Shown: positions 11,290 to 22,955 of the stretch, piece after piece
How the letters are laid out: every line of letters starts with the position of its first letter
Numbering within the stretch: the first letter of the stretch is position 1
Assembly (NCBI GenBank): GCA_963834535.1
Contig: CAWICC010000005.1
Span: 758,618-822,617, forward strand
Reading direction: 5' to 3'
Origin: an uncultured delta proteobacterium
GTDB taxonomy: Bacteria > Desulfobacterota > Binatia > Binatales > Binataceae
Length of the DNA: 64,000 nt
The notes under the pieces: generated by a model
What the model was told of the DNA's origin: nothing
Databases searched by the model: none
Seen by the model: the letters and a program-made list of their open reading frames with translations, nothing else
Made by a program: the position numbers and the translations under genes

Positions 11290-12793
11290 TTAGAAGTGGA
11301 ATCCAACCTCAGCCGTCAGCGCTCGCGGAGTCACATAATGCGTTCCGCTGAACGTTGAGAGGAAGTTGTACAGCGCATACTTGTTGGCAATGTTGACGCC
11401 AGTCAGTCGCAGACTCCACTTGTACTTGTCTCCGTTGAAGAGGTTGTCCTCGCCAAGCGAGATGTCGTACAGGTTGCGATGCGCAATGCGCGGCGGGTTC
11501 TTGTCATCATTCTCCGTTCCCGGCGCAGGGATGGTGACGAGATTGGACGTAAGCTCGCTGGCCAGGCACTGCTGGAAGCCGCCATTAGCGACAGTAGCCT
11601 CCACACCGTTGCAGGTAAGACCAGCCTGGAACTGCTCATCGGCCGTAAGGCCGCTGAGGTCGATACCGGGCTGACCGTTGATCAGGATGCCGCCGCACGG
11701 GCTGTTCGGATCTGTCACGTTGTAGCAAGGCACGGAACCGGCAGTCAGGCCGCTGTCGTAGCGCCAGTTGAACCCAAGCCACGGAGCATGCTTGCCGGGC
11801 ATCTGGTACTGGATGTGTGTGGTCTGGTTGAACTTCTCGTCGTGATCAATACGGAAGGGATAGATGCTGCCCTGGGCGACAGTGGCTCCAGCTCCAGCGA
11901 CCTGCGGCGGGAAGAAGCGGGCCGCCACCGACGACGCCACCATGTAAGCCGAGAAGCCATGCACCGTGGGAACTTCGGCGTGCAAAGCGTAGCCCGGGAT
12001 CTTGGAGTTATGCCAGTCGATGGGGAAGGTGATCGGCGTATTACCAAGCACCGAGAAGTCGAAGGCGTTGTGCGTGTACTTCCAGATGTACTCGCCCTGA
12101 GAAGACGAAGTGCTTGCCAATGGCCTGCTGCAGCCCGGCATGGAACTCATTGCGGAAGCCCGGTTGCAGGGTGGTGCCGACGCCAGGCGAGCAGTTGAGC
12201 AAGGGTGCCAGGACATCGCTGCTGCAGCCCTGGCTGGAGAGCACAAGGTTTTCGTTGAAAGGGCTTTCCAGTGTGCGGGCATAGGAAATACGCAGCACGG
12301 TGGCACTCTTGGGAATGGTGTAAGCGATGCCCAGGCGCGGCTCGGCCTGCTGCGCTCGGGTAAGACCGTTATAGATATCGCCGCGGATACCGAGGTTGAA
12401 GAGCCAGTTGCCGGTCTTCAGTTGGTCTTCGACGTAGAGCGCGAGCTCCTTGACGTCAGTGTGACCGTCGAAGGTGAACTGGCCGCCACCGCGAGTCAGG
12501 TCGTAGGGCAACAAGACGGAGTTGTAGGTACCGCCGACCGAGGGGTCGTTGGAGACGGCACCGGCTGCTGCGCACTGGCTGGGGTCAGTGAAGCCCGGCA
12601 GGGGATTGCCATTCACGTCCACGCAAGGCGAGTTGAAGGTAGGGGCCGCGATGCCGAGCGTGTCGAGTTCACGCAAGAAAGTCTGCGAGTAGTTGGCGCC
12701 GGCCTTGAAGTTGTTGATGCCGTGGACGTAGGAGAAGTCCGTGTGGGCACCAGCGTTGGTTAGCGAACGGGCGCCGCGTCGCAAAGCCTTCAA
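11290..12793 (-). pseudogene. TonB-dependent outer-membrane receptor, C-terminal ~500 aa only (5'-truncated, one frameshift)
   Basis: The beta-barrel-type sequence ends ...RALTAEVGFHF with a terminal Phe. ORFs 12041..12793 and 11290..12306 join at ..AIGKHFVFS|GEYIWKYTHNAFDF.. if one extra C near 12094-12097 is removed. No plug or carboxypeptidase-regulatory N-terminal domain is found upstream; sequence 12794-12995 is not receptor-like. Confidence 0.75.
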
Positions 12794-12903
12794 CTCGTCG
12801 AAGGAATTCTCTCCACGTTGAGTGCGGACGCAACTTCATCCAGCAGCACGGCCAACACCACTGCCCTTTTAGAAAGTGTGTACGGAAGCTCCAGCGGCCT
12901 GAA

Positions 12904-12935
12904 CGTGCTCGCTTAGAACGGTGCTCGCTTAGAAC
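12904..12935. repeat. 16-nt tandem duplication (15/16 identical) at the block junction
   Basis: cgtgctcgcttagaac (12904-12919) is followed directly by ggtgctcgcttagaac (12920-12935). Confidence 0.9.
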
Positions 12936-12995
12936 AAGGCCAGTCTTTGCGTCGAGGTGTAGTGTAGACAACTCGCCCCGACAGGATCGCTCCTC

Positions 12996-14378
12996 TTAGC
13001 GTGGTACGACTTCCATCAGCATTCCATACTTAGGGCGGAGGGTGATGAGCGGCTGTGGCTCAATCCGGTGGCCCGGAGCCAAGCGTAGTTTCCATTTTTG
13101 CGCGAGTGTCGCGAGAATCAGGATACCTTCCATCCAGGCAAATGATTCTCCAATGCACTGCCGCGCGCCCGCACCAAACGGAAAGTAAGTAAATTTTGTG
13201 CGCCGCGCTTTGCCTTCCGCAGAGAATCGATCGGGATCGAAGCGCAGAGGATCGGGAAAGTACCGCGGATCACGCTGAGTAATAAATTGGCTGATCAGCA
13301 CAGTGGTGCGCGCAGGAAGAAAATATTCACCCAGAGTGAAGTCATTGCGCGCGTAACGGCCCATAGCCCACGCCGGTGGATAAAGGCGCAGCGACTCCGC
13401 CATCACAGTTTCCGCATAGCGAAGGTTGGGAACATCCGCGGCCACCGGCAATCTGCCCGCGAGCACGCGATCCACTTCTTCATGAAGTTTGGCTTCGCAA
13501 TCTGGATTCTCGGACAGGAGGTACCACGTCCAGGACAGCGCATTGGCAACGGTTTCGTAGCCCGCAAGAAAAATGGTGATGACCTGATCCCGCAAAGCTT
13601 GCCGCGAAGCTTCGTCACTGGCAGCGGACGCGGCCAGCATAAGATCAAGCAGGCTCCCGCTGTCGCGGCCGCTGCGACGGTGCGCATCGATCATTCTGTA
13701 GACAACGGCGTCGATGCGCTTGCGGGCTCGAACAAATGCAGCCAGCCCAGGTGGACGCAAGTGCACCAGCCATTCGGCAGCGGGCAACATGACCAGAAAA
13801 TTATAGAGACCCATAATGCGATTAATGGCCGCCGCAAGCTCGTAGACTTCGTCTCGTAAATCAGTCGCAAACAAAGTGCGGCCGACAATATTGAGCGTGA
13901 GGTGCATCATGTCGACCGCGATATCACGGCGTTCGCCGGCTTTCCACGAATCGCGGAGCTGGGCTGATTCTTCCACAATGACGCCGCCGTACTCGCCGAT
14001 ACGTTGCCGGTGGAACGCGGGCTGAGCCGCCAGCCGTTGCGCGCGATGGACAGCGCCCTCAGCCGTAATCATGCCGTCGCCGAGCAACATTTTGGTGCGC
14101 TGTACGGTTCGTTCCTTGATGAAATTGTCATTCTGTACAACTAACACTTCGCGGATGTAGTCAGGGTGGTTTAGAAAAACAATGTGATGAGGTCCAATCT
14201 TGTAATGCGCGATATCGCCGTAGGTCTTAGCCAGATGTTGAAAGAGAATGATCGGATTTGCCGGGCGAAACTTGCGGAAAGCAAACCATATAAGATTGCG
14301 CTGGAAGCCGGGGGGAAAGCGATAGCTCTTTCGATCCTGGGAAACATTCGGTTGCGCATGCCGCGCTGCGGTTGCCAT
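12996..14378 (-). CDS. cytochrome P450
   Basis: Intact 460-aa ORF. It has the heme-thiolate loop FPFGAGARQCIGESFA, an ExxR region (AESLR) and the I-helix-like FLAGYETVANAL. Confidence 0.9.
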   Translation of the reverse strand: MATAARHAQPNVSQDRKSYRFPPGFQRNLIWFAFRKFRPANPIILFQHLAKTYGDIAHYKIGPHHIVFLNHPDYIREVLVVQNDNFIKERTVQRTKMLLGDGMITAEGAVHRAQRLAAQPAFHRQRIGEYGGVIVEESAQLRDSWKAGERRDIAVDMMHLTLNIVGRTLFATDLRDEVYELAAAINRIMGLYNFLVMLPAAEWLVHLRPPGLAAFVRARKRIDAVVYRMIDAHRRSGRDSGSLLDLMLAASAASDEASRQALRDQVITIFLAGYETVANALSWTWYLLSENPDCEAKLHEEVDRVLAGRLPVAADVPNLRYAETVMAESLRLYPPAWAMGRYARNDFTLGEYFLPARTTVLISQFITQRDPRYFPDPLRFDPDRFSAEGKARRTKFTYFPFGAGARQCIGESFAWMEGILILATLAQKWKLRLAPGHRIEPQPLITLRPKYGMLMEVVPR

Positions 14379-14400
14379 TTCAGTAGTTTACCCTGCACTA

Positions 14401-14940
14401 TTATTTCTGAAGTTGATCGAGCGCAGCCAGAACCTCTTCGCTATGCCGTCCGGGGTCGACAGTGGTATAGGTTTTCGCAATCTTGCCGGCAGGATCGATC
14501 AGGAAGGTGTGCCGCGCGGCAAACTTCGTCAATCCCAGATTAGTGAGCGAGCCGTACGCCTTGCTCACTCCGCCGTTGCTGTCTGCCAACAGCTTGAAAT
14601 TCAGACCTTCTTTTGCGCAGAACTTTTTGTGCGAATCGACGCTGTCGAGGCTCACGCCGAGAACCACGGAGTTGCGCTGATCGTACTTTGGCTGATCGAC
14701 CTGGAAGTTGTGGGCTTCGCGCGTGCAGCCCGGAGTCTGGTCTTTGGGATAGAAATATAGGACCACCCATTTGCCGCGAAAATCCTTCAAGCTTACCGCC
14801 GCTCCCTCTTGCGAAGGCAAAGTGAAATCAGGTGCAATGTCGCCGGGCATGGGACGAGTGGCACGCGAACCCGAGAAGAGCCGGGGAGCCACGAATATGA
14901 CGATCACAACTATCAAGACGAGCAGTACAATTTTCAACAT
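14401..14940 (-). CDS. bcp: thiol peroxidase / peroxiredoxin (Bcp-type), membrane-anchored
   Basis: Intact 179-aa ORF. It has an N-terminal hydrophobic anchor (MLKIVLLVLIVVIVIFVA) and the peroxidatic-Cys motif FYPKDQTPGCTREA. Confidence 0.85.
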   Translation of the reverse strand: MLKIVLLVLIVVIVIFVAPRLFSGSRATRPMPGDIAPDFTLPSQEGAAVSLKDFRGKWVVLYFYPKDQTPGCTREAHNFQVDQPKYDQRNSVVLGVSLDSVDSHKKFCAKEGLNFKLLADSNGGVSKAYGSLTNLGLTKFAARHTFLIDPAGKIAKTYTTVDPGRHSEEVLAALDQLQK

Positions 14941-15104
14941 TTCGGCCCTCGGAACGGAGTCGCGTGTAAGAAGGAGGAAAGGTTCAGTTCCTCAGCGCGC
15001 ACTTCAGCATTGTAAAACGTTTGGACATCTACCCTTTGCCAAGCAAGTTTCCTGATAATTGAATATCATGGAGTATTCGCAACAGTGAGACGGAGAAATT
15101 AGAC

Positions 15105-17830
15105 GTGGCTCAGACGGAAACTGACGGTCAAGAGGTTTTGGAAACCCGGGAGTGGGTTGATTCGCTGGATTACGTGCTGTCGCGCGGCGGCCCGGAACGC
15201 GCGGGACGCCTGTTGCAGCAACTGGCGCTGCACGCGCGGCGCGCCGCTGGCGTGAATCTGCCGTTCTCGGCGACCACGCCCTACCAGAACACGATCCCAG
15301 CCGCGCAGCAGCCGCCATTTCCCGGCAGCCAGGAGATGGAGCGCCGCATCAAGAGCCTGGTCCGCTGGAACGCGCTGGCCATGGTGGTCCGCGCCAACAA
15401 GATTCAGGAAGGCATCGGCGGGCACATCTCTACCTTCGCCTCCGCGGCCACGCTGTACGAAGTTGCTTTCAATCATTTCTTCCGAGCGCAAACCGAAAGT
15501 GGCGATCGCGACATTCGTTTATTTCCAGGGCCACGCCGCGCCCGGAATCTATGCCCGCGCTTATCTCGAAGGCCGTATCCCCAACGAGAAGCTGGAAAAT
15601 TTCCGCCGCGAACTGAAGCCCGGCGGCGGGCTGAGTTCTTATCCGCATCCGTGGCTGATGCCGGATTTCTGGGAGTTCCCCACCGTTTCAATGGGACTGG
15701 GGCCGATCCAGGCGATCTATCACGCGCGCTTCATCCGTATCTGGAGAATCGCGGGCTGAAGCAGTCGACCGGCGGCAAAGTCTGGGCGTTCCTGGGCGAT
15801 GGCGAAATGGACGAACCCGAATCGCTGGGCTCGATCACGCTGGCCTCACGCGAGAAGCTCGACAACTTGATTTTCGTGGTGAACTGCAACCTGCAGCGCC
15901 TGGACGGCCCGGTGCGCGGCAACGGAAAAATCATTCAGGAACTCGAAGCGATCTTCCGCGGCGCGGGATGGAACGTCATCAAATGCATCTGGGGCTCCGA
16001 TTGGGACAGCCTGATTCAGAACGACCGCGACGGCCTGCTGGTGCGGCGACTGGGCGAAATCAGCGACGGACAGTATCAGAAATATTTTGTCGAGAGCGGC
16101 GCTTACTTCCGGCAGAACCTTTTCGGCACCGATCCACGCCTGCTGAAGATGGTCGAGCATCTTTCCGACGAGCAACTCGCGCGCATGCGCCTCGGCGGAC
16201 ACGATCCCATCAAGGTGCATGCCGCCTACCGCGCGGCAGTCGATCACACAGGATCGCCGACAATCATTCTGGCGAAAACGATCAAGGGCTACGGCCTGGG
16301 CGAAGCGGGCGAAGGCAAGAACATCACGCACCAGCAGAAGAAGCTGAACGAAGACGAGCTGGAGATGTTCCGTTCACGCTTCGGAATTCCAATTCCGGAC
16401 GATGAATTGCATAACGCGCCGTTCTACCGTCCGTCGGACGACAGCGCGGAAATCAAGTACATGCAGGCGCGGCGGCAGCAACTCGGCGGATACATGCCGA
16501 GCCGCAAGGTGCGCGCCACGCCCTTGAAGCCGTTACCGGAATCGCTATTTCGAGGAATTCCACAAAGGCACAGACGGCCGCGAAGTTTCGACCACCATGG
16601 TTTTCGTGCGCCTGCTGGCAAAACTGCTGCGCGATCCTGAACTGGGCAAGTTCATTGTGCCGATTATTCCCGACGAAGCTCGAACCTTCGGCATGGAGGC
16701 GTTGTTCCGCCAGGTAGGGATTTATTCGAGCGTGGGTCAGCTCTATGAACCGGTCGACATGGACACGCTCCTTTATTACAAGGAAGCGAAGAACGGGCAG
16801 ATTCTGGAGGAAGGAATTACCGAAGCAGGTTCGATGTGCTCATTCATCGCGGCGGGCACGGCTTATGCGAACCACGGCATCAACACGATTCCGTTTTTTA
16901 TTTATTACTCGATGTTCGGATTTCAGCGTATCGGCGATCTGATCTGGGCCGCGGCTGATATGCGCTGCCGCGGATTTCTCGTCGGCGGCACTGCCGGACG
17001 GACCACACTCGCAGGCGAAGGCTTGCAGCATCAGGATGGCCACAGCCACGTTCTCGCTTTGCCGGTTCCGAACTTGTTAGCTTACGATCCGGCGTTCGCA
17101 TACGAGATTGCCATCATCATTCAGGATGGCATCAAGCGCATGTACGTCGATCAGGAATCGATCTTCTATTACCTGACCGTCACCAATGAGCCTCTGCCGA
17201 TGCCCGAGATGCCGAAGGAGGGCAACGTCCGCGAAGGGGTGTTGCGCGGGTTATATCGCTTTAAAGCCGCCGATGCGCCAGACGCCAAGCTGCGCGCCCA
17301 GTTGCTTGGTAGCGGCACCATCATGTACGAGGTGTTGAAGGCGCAGACGATTCTGGAGGAAAAATATGGTGTCGCAGCGGACGTGTGGAGCGTGACCAGT
17401 TATAAGGAACTCTACCGCGACGCCAATGATTGCGAACGTTGGAACATGCTGCATCCGGCCGACTCGGCGAAGGTTCCATACGTTACGCAAACTTTGAAAG
17501 ATGCGTCCGGACCGTTCATTGCGGCATCTGATTACATGAAGGTGCTGCCGGAGAGCTCTGGCGAAGTGGGTGCCCGGACAACTTGTTTCGTTGGGGACCG
17601 ACGGTTTCGGCCGCAGCGAATCCCGGACCGCGCTGCGCGACTTTTTCGAAGTCGATGCGAAACATATCGTGCTGGCCACGCTGGGCGCGCTGGTGCGCGA
17701 GAAGAAAATCGGCATGGACATCATGAAGAGAGCGATTCGAGACCTCGGAATTAATCCCGAAAAGCTAATCCGGCGATCAGTTGAACCTGACTCACAGACT
17801 CTTAACGTAGCCAAGGAATGTAATCAGTGA
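15105..17830 (+). pseudogene. aceE: pyruvate dehydrogenase E1 component (homodimeric type), four single-base frameshifts
   Basis: The full-length E1 sequence is recoverable from ORFs 15105.., 15463.., 16597.. and 17570.. Motifs include [44 protein letters not shown] and [12 protein letters not shown]. Joints reconstructed by eye are: extra C at 15516 (..GDRDI|VYFQGH..), missing T near 15738 (..FIRYLENRG..), extra C at 16551 (..ESLF|[18 protein letters not shown]..) and extra T at 17557 (..LPES|[21 protein letters not shown]..). Confidence 0.9.
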
Positions 17831-19596
17831 TTGAATTCAAACTTCCGGCACTCGGTGAAAACATTGAACAGGGCGACTTGGTGCGCCTGATGATTGCGCC
17901 CGGCGCGGCGGTAAGCGAGGGCCAGGCGGTGATGGAGCTAGAAACCGACAAGGCGGTCGTGGAAGTGCCATCTTCGGTCAGCGGTACGGTGAAAGACGTT
18001 CTCGTTAAAGAGGGCGAAAAAATTAAGGTAGGCCAAGTCGTTTTTACCGCTGACGGCAACGGAACAGCCGCGGCTGTTACTGAAACTCCACCGGAGAAAG
18101 ACCTGCCACAGAAGCCAGCTGAAGGTGTGCAGCCAGCGTCATCGGCGCCGCATGAAACAAGTGCCGCAGTGAGCGCAAGACCGGGACCGTCTGTGGCTGC
18201 GCCGCAGCGGAAGCGCTCCACCGATGTTCCCGCGGCCAGCGAATTTCGTCTACAGGAATTGGGTGAAAACATCTCGCAAGGCGACCTTGTGCGTTTGATG
18301 ATTGCGCCGGGCACGAAAGTTTCCGAAGGCCAGCCAGTGATGGAACTCGAAACTGACAAGGCAGTCATCGAGGTCCCTTCCTCAGTGAGCGGGATTGTCA
18401 AAGAAGTCAACGTAAAAGAGGGCGAAAAGATTAAGGTGGGTCAGTTGATTTTCACTTTAGAGGGAGGGCCCGCCTCGCAAGCTGCCGCGGTTCGTCCGGC
18501 GCGGGGCCCGGTGGAACATGTCTCCGGGCAGCATGGCGCGCGCCTCGCCTTTCAGGCGGCAATCCGCGCTGAAGGCAAGACCGAAGAACAAGCGCTACCG
18601 CCCGATCAGCCGCAGCCCCGTCCTGCAGATTTTTCGATGCCTTTGCAGTTGGGCAAAGTGGCTGGAACGGAACACCGCCAACCTGTGCCGGCCGCTCCGC
18701 ACACTCGCCGGCTGGCTCGCGAACTTGGTGTCGACATTTACGAGGTCAAGGGAACCGGGCCGGGCGGGCGCATCAGCGAAGACGATGTGAAGGCTCACGC
18801 CAAGGCCGCGCTCGCCGCGCTCTCTACGGCGGCGCAAGCCCCGGCTCGTGCAGGACATTTCATCGCGCCCAAACTGCCTGACTTTTCGAAATGGGGAAAG
18901 ATCGAGCGCGTCTCCATGCGCGGTGTTCGCCGCAAAACAGCCGAGCATCTCGCCGAATCCTGGAATACGATTCCCCACGTCACCCAGCACGATCGCGCGG
19001 ACATCACCGAACTGGAACAATTGCGCGCCCGCTTCGCTCCTAAGGCGGAACAAGCTGGCGGCAAGATGACGGTGACTGCAATCGCTTTGAAAGTTTGCGC
19101 CGCAGCGCTGAAAGTTTTTCCGCAATTCAATGCCACCATCGATATGGAGAAAGAAGAAATCATTTATAAGCAGTACATCAGTATCGGAGTGGCGGCAGAC
19201 ACCGATCGCGGTCTGCTGGTTCCGGTAATTCGCGATGTGGATAAGAAAAATATCGTTGAGCTGGCGGTCGAGTTATCGCAACTGTCGAAGAAGGCGCGGG
19301 ATAAAAAGATCACGGTTGCCGACATGGAGGGTGGCACCTTCACCATCACCAATCTCGGCGGCATTGGAGGCACGGCGTTTACGCCGATCGTGAACCATCC
19401 CGAAGTGGCCATTCTCGGACTTTCCCGTTCGCGCATGGAGCCGGAATGGATTGGAGGCAAATTTGAGCCGCGTCTGATTTTGCCGCTCTCGCTCTCCTAC
19501 GATCATCGCTTGATTGACGGCGCCGACGCCGCGCGTTTTGTGCGCTGGATAGCGGAAGCATTCGAGCAGCCATTCCTGCTTTCCGTTCAAGGCTAG
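17827..19596 (+). CDS. aceF: dihydrolipoamide acetyltransferase (E2) with two lipoyl domains
   Basis: Intact 589-aa ORF. Its GTG start overlaps the aceE stop (GTGA). It has two lipoyl domains with the ELETDKAV motif, a peripheral-subunit-binding domain ([30 protein letters not shown]) and the catalytic motif [17 protein letters not shown]. Confidence 0.92.
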   Translation: MIEFKLPALGENIEQGDLVRLMIAPGAAVSEGQAVMELETDKAVVEVPSSVSGTVKDVLVKEGEKIKVGQVVFTADGNGTAAAVTETPPEKDLPQKPAEGVQPASSAPHETSAAVSARPGPSVAAPQRKRSTDVPAASEFRLQELGENISQGDLVRLMIAPGTKVSEGQPVMELETDKAVIEVPSSVSGIVKEVNVKEGEKIKVGQLIFTLEGGPASQAAAVRPARGPVEHVSGQHGARLAFQAAIRAEGKTEEQALPPDQPQPRPADFSMPLQLGKVAGTEHRQPVPAAPHTRRLARELGVDIYEVKGTGPGGRISEDDVKAHAKAALAALSTAAQAPARAGHFIAPKLPDFSKWGKIERVSMRGVRRKTAEHLAESWNTIPHVTQHDRADITELEQLRARFAPKAEQAGGKMTVTAIALKVCAAALKVFPQFNATIDMEKEEIIYKQYISIGVAADTDRGLLVPVIRDVDKKNIVELAVELSQLSKKARDKKITVADMEGGTFTITNLGGIGGTAFTPIVNHPEVAILGLSRSRMEPEWIGGKFEPRLILPLSLSYDHRLIDGADAARFVRWIAEAFEQPFLLSVQG

Positions 19597-19631
19597 CTGC
19601 GTGGCCAAAGTCATCCTAAAAAAATCACTGC

Positions 19632-21111
19632 ATGAACGATAATCTGAACCAATCGCCGGAGTTACTTCGGGTCACTTCTGAAGACCCAAGTAAGAAGTTG
19701 AAAGTCGCCGTCGTCGGCGGCGGACCGGGCGGCTACGCCGCCGCTTTCCTGGCCGCTGATCTCGGCATGCAAGTTACGCTGATCGATCCTGAGGCGAATC
19801 CCGGCGGCGTTTGTCTCTATCGCGGCTGCATTCCTTCGAAGGCGCTGCTGCACGTCGCCAAGCTGATTGAAGAATCCCAGCAAGCCAAGAACTGGGGAAT
19901 CGAATTCCCTGCTCCAAACATTGATCTGGAGCGCTTGCGCGCGTGGAAAGAAGGCGTCGTCAAGAAACTGACCGGGGGCCTCGGACAACTTTCCAAGCAG
20001 CGTCACGTGGAATACATCCAAGGCCGCGCGGCGTTCGAAAATTCCACCACGCTGCGGATCAGCAAGATGGATTCCACCGAAGCCGTGCTGAGCTTTGATC
20101 GCATCATCATGGCAACCGGGTCTCGGCCTGCCATCGTTCCGGCGCTCAAACTCGACTCGCCGCGCATGATGGATTCCACGGCCGCTCTGAATCTCAAGGA
20201 CATTCCCGGCAGCCTTCTTGTAGTCGGCGGCGGATACATCGGCCTCGAACTTGGCTCGGTCTATGCCGCTCTCGGAACGCGCGTGACTGTGGTTGAGATG
20301 TTGCCCGGCTTGCTTCCGGGTGCAGATCGCGATCTGGTTCTGCCGTTGCACAAACGCCTGGAGAAGATGTTCGAAGCAATACTGCTGAACACAACGGTCG
20401 CATCTCTTAAAGAGGAAGGTGCCGGTATTCGCGCAACCTTCGAAGGTAAATCCCTGCAGGAAAAAGACCGGGAGAAAATTTTTGATCGCGTGCTTGTTTC
20501 TGTTGGCCGAAAGCCGAACTCGGAAATACCCGGACTGGAAAACACTCAGGTACAAGTGGGCTCACGCGGATTCATCGAGGTGAACAAGCAATTGCAAACC
20601 GCCGATCCGGCGATTTATGCCATTGGTGATGTGGTTGGCGAACCGATGCTGGCGCACAAGGCATCGCACGAAGGACGAACAGCGGTCGAGGCCATTGCCG
20701 GACACAAAGTTGCTTTCGAGCCCGACTGCGATTCCCGCAGTCGTCTTCACCGATCCGGAGGTTGCATGGTGCGGACTCACTGAAACCCAGGCGGAAAAAG
20801 AAAATCGGGAAATCAAAGTTGCGAAGTTTCCCTGGGGCGCGTCCGGACGCGCCGTCACGCTCGATCGACCGGAAGGAATGACAAAGCTGATCATCGATCC
20901 GCATACCGAGCGCGTCCTCGGCGTCGGCATTGTTGGCGTTGGCGCGGGCGAATTGATTGCGGAAGGAGTGCTTGCCATCGAAATGGCGGCGCTGGCCAGC
21001 GATGTGGCGATGACGATTCACCCGCATCCCACGCTTTCGGAAACCGTGATGGAATCCGCGGAAGTTTTTTTCGGCACCAGCACGCACGTATTTCGACCGA
21101 AACGCAGCTAA
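19632..21111 (+). pseudogene. lpdA: dihydrolipoyl dehydrogenase (E3), one frameshift
   Basis: It has the FAD motif VVGGGPGGYAAA and the redox disulfide GGVCLYRGCIPSK. ORF 19632..20783 and ORF 20617..21111 join as ..VAFEP|[20 protein letters not shown].. if one C is removed from the CCC run at 20721-20723. Confidence 0.9.
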
Positions 21112-21237
21112 CGGGCGCTTCTAGAGCGCAATCGGACACTCCCATCCAATTGCTTCCGCTACAATAAACTCTCGTTGCGAGAGCCAGCACATTTGCTGAA
21201 CCCTCGAAATCTTCGCGCAGCGGCGCGGAATGCACCC

Positions 21238-22955
21238 ATGTCCACCCTTTCCAGACGAATCGTTTTCTTAGTGTTAACTCTGAGTATTAGTTTCCCTCTG
21301 CTGGCGCAGGGTGCGCTGGGCAACTGCTGCCATCCAAAGCAGCGAACACTTCCAAAACGCAGACTGATCCGCTGGGCCGGGATACTCCCTACGGCACCAT
21401 CTTCGGATTTCTGGAGGCGGCGCAATCCGGAAACTACACCATCGCGGCTCAGTACCTGCAGATGAGTTCGGCGCGCCGCCAAACTGAGGGCGAGGCGCTG
21501 GCACAGAAGCTGCAGGCTGTAATGAACGCAGCTTTCGCCGGCAACCTGAAGCCGAGCAGGGATCCCGAAGGCGCGCTACAGGAAGGCGTTTCGCCTGACC
21601 GGCAAAACCTGGGGACTATGTCATCCGGCGACGTGGAAGCGGAGCTGGAACTGGTTCGCGTCTCCGATCCGAACGCGGGAAAAATCTGGCTCATCGCTTC
21701 CGACACTCTGGCGAAAATTCCCGAACTTTACGACCAGGTCGAAGCGCGGCAAGTGGAGACACGTCTCCCCAAATGGGTGGTGAGGCATCAGTTGGCGGGC
21801 ATGCCTCTGTGGCAATGGTTTGCTTTGTTTCTACTGATTCCCATTGCCGGGGCTATCGCATGGGTCTTGCTGGTGATTCTGCAAATTCCGATTCGATGGT
21901 GGGCGCGCAGGCGCGGCCACGTCGAATTGGAATCGAGGTCAGTGTCCGGGCCGGCTTGGTTGCTTCTCGGCGTTCTTATCCATCGGATTCTCGCCGCCTA
22001 CCTGGACATCCCTTTACTGCAACGTCACTACTACTCGCAGGTCACAACGGTCGCTGTCATCATCGGCACCAACTGGATCCTGTGGCGAGTCGTGCGATGG
22101 TCTCTGCGCGGAGTGAGAAATCGTGCTCTGGCTCGCGGCCACGCAGGTACGGGTTCGCTCATGCTGTTGGGCGAACGCCTGGTAAAAGCCTTCATCTTTT
22201 TGATGGCAGTATTTCTTATCTTCGGAGTGTTGGGATTTAACTTGAGCACCGCACTCGCCGGGTTCGGCATTGGAACCCTGGCAGTAGGCTTCGGCGCCCA
22301 GCAGACGATCGCGAATCTTTTCGGCGGCGTCTCCGTGTTGGGCGACGAAGTGATTCGCGTAGGAGACCTCTGCAAATTCGGCGACCGCACTGGAACCGTC
22401 GAGGATATCGGCCTGCGCTCCACCCGCGTGCGCACCGAAGAGAGGACGTTGCTGGCCATCCCCAACGGGACCGTGGCGACGATTAACGTCGAGAATCTGA
22501 GCCGCCGCGACAAAATCCTTTTTAAAACTGTTTTAGGCTTCCACACGGATACGTCAGAGCAACAGCTTCGCTCCGCGCTCTCCGAAATCCGGCGCGTTTT
22601 GAGCGACAATCCTAAGATTGAAACCAGAACCATTCGCGTCCGGCTCACCGAGTTAACCGCAAGCGCGCTCAACGTGGAACTCTTCTGTTACGTAATGACC
22701 AGGGAATATAACGAATTCGCTGCGGTGCGGGAGGAATTGCTGCTCAGCATTATGAACCTGGTAGAAGACTCCGGCACCAGCCTGGCATCCTCATCGCAGA
22801 CGTTATATCTCAGCCCCGACCCAGCTTCGCCTAAACAGAAAAAGGAGGCCGAGAGCAAAGACGCTGCATTATCACAAACCCCACGCGAGCGACTAGATTC
22901 AGCTTTGCACGACCGGACGCAAGACGGCGGAAAGAGTGCCAAGAGTCAAGACTAG
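21238..22955 (+). pseudogene. MscS-family mechanosensitive channel, one frameshift near the N-terminus
   Basis: ATG 21238 gives the signal peptide MSTLSRRIVFLVLTLSISFPLLAQGALG. A frame change near 21310-21320 is needed to continue as QLLPSKAANTSKTQTDPLGRDTPYGTIFGFLEAAQSGNYTIAAQYLQM... into ORF 21462..22955. That ORF carries the MscS core (..NLFGGVSVLGDEVIRVGDLCKFGDRTGTVEDIGLRSTRVRT..). Confidence 0.75.

Noticed and set aside
12904-12935. Short tandem duplications (also 35645-35676 and 42441-42485) considered as a possible CRISPR or minisatellite
   Set aside because: There are only 2-3 directly abutting units of 15-16 nt, with no spacers. No cas genes are present in the window. This is not a CRISPR array.
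15105-17830. Programmed ribosomal frameshifting as an explanation for the split aceE (and other split genes)
   Set aside because: There are four shifts in one housekeeping gene, in both directions. None has a slippery heptamer or a downstream structure at the joints, for example gac-att-C-gtt and ttt-C-gag. Dozens of similar events occur in unrelated genes. Indels are the simpler explanation.
17827-18420. Internal ~170-nt duplication at the start of aceF
   Set aside because: These are the two lipoyl domains normal for E2 proteins (ELETDKAV motif twice). It is a domain duplication, not a mobile or regulatory repeat.
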